From positions 544,001-608,000 of the forward strand of contig CAXXHO010000005.1 of assembly GCA_963667725.2 (NCBI GenBank): a stretch of 64,000 nt of DNA, in the 5' to 3' direction. The notes under the pieces were generated by a model. That model did not search any database. It had not been told where the DNA came from and worked only from the letters and a program-made list of their open reading frames with translations. The DNA is from Treponemataceae bacterium. Lineage in GTDB: Bacteria > Spirochaetota > Spirochaetia > Treponematales > Rectinemataceae. Positions 57,468-64,000 of the stretch are shown here, piece after piece. The position numbers were made by a program, and so were the translations under genes. Each line of letters begins with the position of its first letter. Position 1 is the first letter of the stretch.

Positions 57468-57500
57468 AAAGGGCTGGCCCGCGACGCGGGCCAGCCCTTT
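57468..57500 (+). terminator. Strong stem-loop after the binding-protein gene (attenuator or mRNA stabiliser)
   Basis: AAAGGGCTGGCCCGC-GAC-GCGGGCCAGCCCTTT. Confidence 0.7.
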
Positions 57501-57564
57501 GCGTGGGTCGGCGCCAGGACGGCGCGTTCCGCCGTCACCGTGTATCGACAAGGAGCAAGCTGCC

Positions 57565-59115
57565 TTGGCTGACATCATTCTCGAGATGAAGGACATCACG
57601 AAAACCTTCCCCGGCGTTACCGCGCTGAGCCGAGTGAATCTGGCCATTCGGCGGGGCGAGATCCACGCCCTCGTCGGCGAGAACGGAGCGGGAAAATCCA
57701 CCCTCATGAATATCCTCTCGGGCGTCTATCCGCAGGGTACCTATTCCGGTTCCATCATATTCGAGGGGTCCGAATGCTCCTTCAAGGAAGTGCGCGACAG
57801 CGAGAAAAAGGGCATCGGCATCATCCATCAGGAACTTGCCCTCATCCCCTACCTGTCCATCGGCGAGAACATTTTCCTGAGGAATGAACGGGCCAAGGAT
57901 AACATCATCGATTGGGACAGGACTTATCAGGACGCCAAAAAATACCTGGACCTCGTAGGCCTCAAGGAAAATCCCCACACACCCATCAAGGACATTAGCG
58001 TGGGGAAGCAGCAGCTCGTCGAGATAGCAAAAGCTCTATCGCGCAACGTCAAGCTCCTCATCCTGGACGAGCCGACGGCTTCGCTCAACGAGGACGATTC
58101 CGCGCACCTGCTCGAACTCCTCCTCGATCTCAAGGCCAAGGGACTCACCTCCATTCTCATCTCGCACAAGCTCAACGAGATAGCCCGTGTGGCCGACTCC
58201 ATCACCATCATCCGCGACGGACTCACCGTCGAAACCCTGGAGAAGGGCAAAGATTCGATGGACGAAGACCGCATCATCAAGGGCATGGTCGGACGGGAAC
58301 TCATCGACCGGTTCCCCAAGCGTACGCCGAAGTTGGGCGATATCGCTTTCGAAGTCGTTGACTGGAACGTGTTCAGCCCTCTGAACCCCGAGCGGCAGAT
58401 CATAAAGGGCGCTAATTTCAACGTGCGCAAGGGCGAAGTGATAGGGCTCGCCGGCCTAATGGGCGCGGGACGCACCGAGCTGGCCATGAGCATTTTCGGC
58501 CGATCCTACGGGCTCCATATCAGCGGCCAAGCCTTCAAGCACGGGAAGAAAGTCGATCTCGGCAATGTCCGCCAGGCTATCGAGCAGGGTATCGCCTACA
58601 CCACCGAAGACCGCAAGACCGCGGGCTTGAATCTGATCGGCGACATAAAGGAAAACATCACCATCGCGGGACTCAAGAAACTTTCGAAGCGTTGGGTGAT
58701 CAACAGAAGCCGTGAAATTGGAGTCGCGGAGGAGTACCGCGCGAAACTCAACATCCGCTCGTCGAGCATCCTGCAGAAAGCCGGCAACCTGTCGGGCGGA
58801 AATCAGCAGAAGGTAGTCCTGAGCCGGTGGATATTCACCGAACCGGACGTCCTCATTCTCGACGAACCGACGCGCGGCATCGACGTCGGCGCCAAATTCG
58901 AAATCTACACGATCATCAACCAGCTCGCCGACGAGGGCAAATCAGTGATCTTCATATCGTCGGAACTGCCGGAAATCCTCGGCATTTCCGACCGCATCTA
59001 TGTAATGAACGACGGCCGCATCGTGGGCGAGTTCTCTCGCGGCGAGGCGACACAGGAAGGCATCATGAAGTGCATCATGCAGAGCGCGGCGGAGGGCGGA
59101 AATGGAAAGCATTAA
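57565..59115 (+). CDS. gguA: Multiple monosaccharide ABC transporter ATPase (GguA/MmsA)
   Basis: [47 protein letters not shown] 57565. Confidence 0.9.
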   Translation: MADIILEMKDITKTFPGVTALSRVNLAIRRGEIHALVGENGAGKSTLMNILSGVYPQGTYSGSIIFEGSECSFKEVRDSEKKGIGIIHQELALIPYLSIGENIFLRNERAKDNIIDWDRTYQDAKKYLDLVGLKENPHTPIKDISVGKQQLVEIAKALSRNVKLLILDEPTASLNEDDSAHLLELLLDLKAKGLTSILISHKLNEIARVADSITIIRDGLTVETLEKGKDSMDEDRIIKGMVGRELIDRFPKRTPKLGDIAFEVVDWNVFSPLNPERQIIKGANFNVRKGEVIGLAGLMGAGRTELAMSIFGRSYGLHISGQAFKHGKKVDLGNVRQAIEQGIAYTTEDRKTAGLNLIGDIKENITIAGLKKLSKRWVINRSREIGVAEEYRAKLNIRSSSILQKAGNLSGGNQQKVVLSRWIFTEPDVLILDEPTRGIDVGAKFEIYTIINQLADEGKSVIFISSELPEILGISDRIYVMNDGRIVGEFSRGEATQEGIMKCIMQSAAEGGNGKH

Positions 59116-60274
59116 AAATCTGTTCAAAAAAAACATAAGTCAGTACGCGATGCTCATCGCCCTCGTTTTCATCATGCTTTTCTTCCAGATACTGACGAAC
59201 GGAATACTGCTCGTCCCGATGAACGTGACGAACCTCGTGCTCCAGAACGCCTACGTGTTCATCCTCGCGATAGGCATGACGCTCTGCATCCTGACAGGCG
59301 GCAACATCGACCTTTCCGCCGGCTCGGTGGTAGCCTTCATAGGCGCGTTGTGCGGCACCTTCATCATAAACCTGAAGATCAACACGGGGCTTTCGCTCGT
59401 CCTCGCCCTGGCTATCGGCATAGCCATCGGCGTCTGGCAAGGCTTCTGGATCGCCTATGTGCGGATACCGGCTTTCATCGTGACGCTGGCGGGCAGCCTC
59501 GTTTTCCGAGGGCTCACGCTCTTCATCCTGAAAGGCCTCACCCTGGGACCTTTCCCCGAATCCTTCCAGCGCATAAGCTCCGGTTTCGTCCCCGACATTC
59601 TGGCCAGGCCCAAGGGAGCGCTCAACGGAACGGCCCTCATCGTCGGCATCGCCGCCGCCGCGCTCTACGCGCTCTCACAGATAAGGCGCCGCGTTTCTCA
59701 CCGAAAAAGCGGCTTTGAAACAGCAGCTTTCCCCGTCTTCATCGCGCAGATAAGCTTCATCGCGGCGGCTATCATGGCCATAACCGTATGGTTCGCGCGG
59801 TACAAGGGTCTGCCCATCATCTTCATCATCATCGGGCTGCTGATACTGGCGTATTCCTTCTTCACGATGCGCACGGTTCCCGGCAGGTATCTCTACGCGA
59901 TGGGCGGCAACGAGAAGGCCGCCCAGCTTTCGGGGATCAACACCAACAAAGTGCTTTTCCTCGCCTACGTCAACATGGGGGCGCTCGCCGCGGTAGCGGG
60001 CATCGCCTTCACCTCGCGGCTCAACGCCGCGTCTCCCCAGTCAGGCATGAACTTCGAACTGGACGCGATCGCCTCTTGTTTCATCGGAGGCGCATCGGCA
60101 TACGGCGGCGTAGGCACCGTCATCGGCGCGATCATCGGGGCCCTCGTGATGGGCGTCCTGAACAACGGCATGTCGATACTGGGCATAGGAAGCGATGTGC
60201 AGCAGATAGTGAAAGGCCTCGTGCTTCTTCTCGCCGTGGCCTTCGACGTCATCTCGAAAAAGAAGGCGCGCTGA
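59102..60274 (+). CDS. gguB: Multiple monosaccharide ABC transporter permease (GguB/MmsB)
   Basis: P.NVTNLV.QN, IDLS.GS, IP.FIVTLAG, YA.GGNEKAA.LSG, FELDAIA.CFIGG. Confidence 0.9.
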   Translation: MESIKNLFKKNISQYAMLIALVFIMLFFQILTNGILLVPMNVTNLVLQNAYVFILAIGMTLCILTGGNIDLSAGSVVAFIGALCGTFIINLKINTGLSLVLALAIGIAIGVWQGFWIAYVRIPAFIVTLAGSLVFRGLTLFILKGLTLGPFPESFQRISSGFVPDILARPKGALNGTALIVGIAAAALYALSQIRRRVSHRKSGFETAAFPVFIAQISFIAAAIMAITVWFARYKGLPIIFIIIGLLILAYSFFTMRTVPGRYLYAMGGNEKAAQLSGINTNKVLFLAYVNMGALAAVAGIAFTSRLNAASPQSGMNFELDAIASCFIGGASAYGGVGTVIGAIIGALVMGVLNNGMSILGIGSDVQQIVKGLVLLLAVAFDVISKKKAR

Positions 60275-60326
60275 TCCAGGAAACGCCGAGCTAAGGTACC
60301 CGACCAACACGTTACGGGTTAAAAAT

Positions 60327-62072
60327 TTAGCCCGTAACGCTGCAGTTCTTGCCGCGATGCTTGGCTTCGTACATGGCGCCGTCCGCGCGCGCGAGCAGGG
60401 CGTCGCCTGTCTCATCGCCGTCGAACTCCGCCACGCCGATGCTCACCGTGACTTTCATGTCCTTGCCGTCGATGCAGCGTACGCTGTCTATGGCGAATCG
60501 GCTCCTCAGGCATTCGGCGACGCGGAAGGCATCGTCGCGGGTGGTTTCATGCATGACAATGACGAATTCATCGCCGCCGGAACGGCAGCAACTATCTTTT
60601 TCCCTTGTGCAGCTGTTCATGAGATGCGCGAGGGAAGCGAGGATGTCGTCGCCGACGCTGTGGCCGAAGGTATCGTTCACCGTCTTGAAGTCGTCGATGT
60701 CAAGAAGGAGGAGCGAAAGCGGGGTCTTCGTTTCCCTGGCCTTGGCGGCGGCCAGCTCCAGCTCGTTGAAGAGGAAGCGCTTGTTGCGCAACCCGGTGAG
60801 CCCATCCGTCAGGCTAAGTTCGCGATAACTGCCCTCGATTTTTTCCAGCTTCTTCGTTTCCGCCTCGAAGCGCTTGAATCTGTCAGCCAACGCTATAGAG
60901 AGCAGGACAGCCTCGGCGGCCATGCCTATGGCCACGCCGTTGACCGTAAAAAAGTTAACGGGCAGAACCTTGAGGTCCATGAGGGAAAAGACGAAACCGC
61001 CGAGGGCAAGGAAGAACCAGGCGATCAGGAAGTAGACGGCCGAGGGGAAACCTTGGATCATGCGGGCTATCGCGGCGCCGATAATGAAAACGGGCAACGC
61101 GAGTCCCAGGTAATTGGAGAGCGAGAACGCGATATCGTGCCATCCGATGAGACCGGTCAGCGATACCACGAAGCCGAGGGCTGAAAGGGAAAGGAAGACA
61201 TGGTAGAGGATGGGCCGGCCTTCCTTGAGCCGAAGGAAAAAGCTCGCGAAAAAAGCTCCCCAGGTGAGCATGCTTCCCGCCCAGAACCAGAGCATCGTCT
61301 GGTCGAAACCCGGGTTCTGACCAAAGATGAGCTTGGCGAGTCCCTGGACGAAGAAGACCCAGAGCGCGGCGGAAAGGATGTAGAGAATGTAAAAAAGATA
61401 GGTCAGATCCTTGAGCGAGAAAAGAAGGAAAAAGCTGTAGAGGACCATCGCGAGAAGAATGCCGTAGAGAAATCCGAAGGCCATGTATTCCCGGCCTTCG
61501 CGTTGCGCGAAACTGATTGCCGTTTCGATATAGAAGTTGACTTTGACGTCGGTATTGCCCGAAAGGCGAATATAGCAGGGCTGGCCTTTAAATGCCCCGG
61601 AAGGCAGTTCGAAAGCGAAGAATCTCGAGAGGGGCTCGTCCGGACGCCTTTCGGCTTGGGCTCCTGACCGGATTTCCTCGAAGCTCCCGTCGCCGCGCGG
61701 GACATAGAGGGAAACGCGCTCCAGAATGATGGAAAAGCTGGGCCTCACGACGAGAAGCCATTGGGAGGCGGGCGCGCCCGTCCCGGGAGCTTTCTGCGCC
61801 GAATCGAGCTCGGAGACGGGAATGGTGAAGCGAAGCCATGCGGCGGGCGCGGATTCGCCCACCCAGATCATTCTTCCGTCAACCGGCGTAAAGCGCGGGG
61901 CGAGTTCCGGTCCGGAAACATCGGCTATGCCGAGTTCTGGGCCGGCGTTGAAGAAGAAATCGCTCCGCTCATCGAGCTGGATAATGGACCGCTTGCCCTC
62001 GGACAGAGGAGCGGCTCCGGACTGAAGGCCGAGGAATACCGCGAAAAACAACAAGACAACGTTCTTCTTCAT
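60327..62072 (-). CDS. 7TMR-DISM-type sensor diguanylate cyclase
   Basis: Signal peptide, extracellular domain (AAWLRF), seven TM region (LYGILLAMVLY, YFLIAW), DGLTGL.N, DIDDFK.VND.FGH, RSGGDEF. Confidence 0.9.
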   Translation of the reverse strand: MKKNVVLLFFAVFLGLQSGAAPLSEGKRSIIQLDERSDFFFNAGPELGIADVSGPELAPRFTPVDGRMIWVGESAPAAWLRFTIPVSELDSAQKAPGTGAPASQWLLVVRPSFSIILERVSLYVPRGDGSFEEIRSGAQAERRPDEPLSRFFAFELPSGAFKGQPCYIRLSGNTDVKVNFYIETAISFAQREGREYMAFGFLYGILLAMVLYSFFLLFSLKDLTYLFYILYILSAALWVFFVQGLAKLIFGQNPGFDQTMLWFWAGSMLTWGAFFASFFLRLKEGRPILYHVFLSLSALGFVVSLTGLIGWHDIAFSLSNYLGLALPVFIIGAAIARMIQGFPSAVYFLIAWFFLALGGFVFSLMDLKVLPVNFFTVNGVAIGMAAEAVLLSIALADRFKRFEAETKKLEKIEGSYRELSLTDGLTGLRNKRFLFNELELAAAKARETKTPLSLLLLDIDDFKTVNDTFGHSVGDDILASLAHLMNSCTREKDSCCRSGGDEFVIVMHETTRDDAFRVAECLRSRFAIDSVRCIDGKDMKVTVSIGVAEFDGDETGDALLARADGAMYEAKHRGKNCSVTG

Positions 62073-62129
62073 TTACCCGCAGTATAGCAGGGCAGACGCC
62101 GACGGTGAATCTCCTTGCCGGGCAAACCT

Positions 62130-63392
62130 TCAGATTCCGGGCGCGTTGGCCAGGAGATAGTCCTCCGCCGCCTTGCACCAGAGCCCGTCGTTCGCTTCCG
62201 TGATATCGGCAAGCGCCGCGTAGAATGCGTCAGTCTTCCCCCTTTCGCGGAAATCGGCGATGGCGACGAGGTCCAGCTTCTTGTGCGTGTAGATGAGCTT
62301 CTTCGCGCCGGGAATCTTGTCGAGACGAATCGTGGTGTCGGCCACGGCGTTGAGGCCGCCGATATGCGTGATCATCACTTCGGGCTTCAGCGTTCGCTTC
62401 GCCATCATCGACAGCGATTCCACGATGTCGTCAGTGTTCCCGCCCGAGGTTCCGACGAGATGGTGCGCCGCGTAGTGGACGTCGTAGAAATTGAACGAGG
62501 CGGAAAAAGCGGGGTCTGTAGGACCGGCGAAAAAGTTGAGGCAGCCGTCCTGACCCAGAAGCCTGTCGGCCAGTTCCACCACGGGCTTTACGGGAGCGAA
62601 GCAGAAGACATCGTCGAATTTCCTTCCGCCGTTGAGCGAGGTCAGATAAGCGACGGGATCGGCCATATCTTTCGTGTTGACGTAGCGCAGCGTTATGCCG
62701 TTGCGTTTGGCTTCCTCGACGGTGATGAGGGAGGCGGCGCGCTTGAGTCGCGCATCGTCGATATCGGTCGCCACGATGAGGCCTGGCTTGCGGTCGGCGT
62801 GGATGGCGTAATCGATGGCTCCCATGCCCATGGGACCGACCGACGCGAGGAGGGCTAGACTGCCGCCCGGCACTATTCCCATCTCATGTTCGTAGGAGCC
62901 CGCCTTCGTATGGTACTGAGCGTGGTAGGCGCCGACGATGCACGACATCGGCTCGGAGAGGGAGCCCATGAAAAACGCGTCCGCCTCGTAATCGAGGAGG
63001 CAGCCCATCTCCATCACTTCGTTCGGGATGATGATGTAGGTGGCGTCGCCGCCTATCCACCGATAGGAATAGCCGGGCGCCCAGAGCGTGCCCTCGTAAT
63101 TGAGGGCGGGCTGGATGGCGAATTTCTGGCCGGCGGCGAACTGGGAGGCCCATTTGGCGCCGACTTTCACCAGTCTGCCGCAGAATTCGTGCCCGATGAC
63201 AACGGGATTGGAGGCAAGGGGCGCCCTCACCCGCTTGTGCCCGTCGCCCTGCATCGCGAGCTTGTGGCTCGACATGCATATGGAGTCGGATATAACTTCG
63301 GCGAGGATTTCGTCGTCGCCCAGTTCCGGCAACTCGAGTTCCTCGAGCCTGAGATCGTCTATACCGTGGAGTCGCACCATTTTCGTTTTCAT
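62130..63392 (-). CDS. Zinc-binding (MDR) dehydrogenase, L-sorbose-1-phosphate reductase-like
   Basis: RLHG..DLRLE, SDSICMSS.K, IGHEFCG, LSEPMSC, GPMG.G, GTSGGN.DD, THIGGL.A; ATG 63392. Confidence 0.85.
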   Translation of the reverse strand: MKTKMVRLHGIDDLRLEELELPELGDDEILAEVISDSICMSSHKLAMQGDGHKRVRAPLASNPVVIGHEFCGRLVKVGAKWASQFAAGQKFAIQPALNYEGTLWAPGYSYRWIGGDATYIIIPNEVMEMGCLLDYEADAFFMGSLSEPMSCIVGAYHAQYHTKAGSYEHEMGIVPGGSLALLASVGPMGMGAIDYAIHADRKPGLIVATDIDDARLKRAASLITVEEAKRNGITLRYVNTKDMADPVAYLTSLNGGRKFDDVFCFAPVKPVVELADRLLGQDGCLNFFAGPTDPAFSASFNFYDVHYAAHHLVGTSGGNTDDIVESLSMMAKRTLKPEVMITHIGGLNAVADTTIRLDKIPGAKKLIYTHKKLDLVAIADFRERGKTDAFYAALADITEANDGLWCKAAEDYLLANAPGI

Positions 63393-63490
63393 CACAGTCT
63401 CCTTCCGTTCAAAATACTGATTCATCAGGGCTTGCGGCCACCTGGATCGGCTCAGGGCGCGCCGCATGACGCCGGGTCAGGACGCCGGGC

Positions 63491-64000
63491 TCATCGCTTT
63501 TCGGCGATCAGCCTCAGCCATTCCTTTTTATATGCCTCGAAGCCGCCGAGGTTTCGCATCGGCGGCGCCGGGATCCGCGCAATGGAAAAAAGCCCTGCCA
63601 AATCCGACGGACTTTTGCCCTCGAGAGCGGCGAGTCCCGTGAGCGCCGTTCCGAAGGAAGTCGCCTCGCTCATGTCCGTGAGAAAGAGGGGATTTTCGGG
63701 CAGCGCCGCGGCCAGGATGGCGTTGTATTCGGCATTGTTCCTGAACCCGCCCTCGGTGAAAATTTTCTGTCCCGGCGCGAGCCCCGCCCGCTCGAGCGCG
63801 ACGATGGTCTGCAGGGCGAGCGAAAGGTTGAGAACCGCTTCCGCCTTGACCGGATCGGCGAGAAAGGCCGGCTTCGCCCTACCCGCCTCGATGTCGGGAA
63901 GCCTGTAGCGGATTCCGCTCTCGACGGCCTGCGGTATGGATCCGGGAAACTGCCCCGATCCGGGCACGATTTCGGGGAGGATGAAGGACGAACATTCATC
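63491..64000 (-). CDS. C-terminal part of FGGY-family carbohydrate kinase (truncated by window end)
   Basis: Frame open to 64000; IFTEGGFRNN..Y and EATSFGTAL motifs typical of FGGY C-termini. Confidence 0.65.
   Translation of the reverse strand, partial: DECSSFILPEIVPGSGQFPGSIPQAVESGIRYRLPDIEAGRAKPAFLADPVKAEAVLNLSLALQTIVALERAGLAPGQKIFTEGGFRNNAEYNAILAAALPENPLFLTDMSEATSFGTALTGLAALEGKSPSDLAGLFSIARIPAPPMRNLGGFEAYKKEWLRLIAEKR

Noticed and set aside
1..64000. tRNA, rRNA or riboswitch genes
   Set aside because: No cloverleaf, rRNA signature or riboswitch consensus recognised by eye; an Rfam scan is needed to exclude them.

Overview
Bacterial chromosome segment, most likely from a GC-rich anaerobic spirochaete (inferred from gene content, a lipoprotein signal and integron layout; not proven). 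Bases 1-6.9 kb are an AT-rich integron cassette array on the minus strand. It has attI, six complete attC sites and seven cassettes: an alpha/beta hydrolase, an ORF-less cassette with a long hairpin, a Nudix hydrolase, three GNATs (one split by an IS5-family element with a 6-bp target duplication) and an ICMT-like protein. The integron integrase is co-oriented with the cassettes and has an N-terminal HARP-like extension. All seven cassette 5' ends carry a GC-rich C-G...A-G mini-hairpin ending exactly 3 nt from the recombination core. The GC-rich remainder is metabolic and transport genes: an M16 peptidase pair, two Fe-ADHs, two diguanylate cyclases, MATE, AOR plus ferredoxin and ThiS/MoaD, an ARG-box-preceded amino-acid ABC transporter, and four paralogous Wzi-like putative outer-membrane proteins. 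It also has convergent fur-feoAB and znuACB-zur operons with distinct operators, a fucose-type sugar operon with an 8x15-bp SD/anti-SD repeat before its LacI gene, a PadR-linked selenium operon (xdhC-yqeC-yqeB-desulfurase-selD-DUF3343-yedF) and an AraC-chvE-gguAB sugar locus. Several genes look leaderless. No rRNA, tRNA or CRISPR array was seen. All family assignments come from motif recognition, not database searches.
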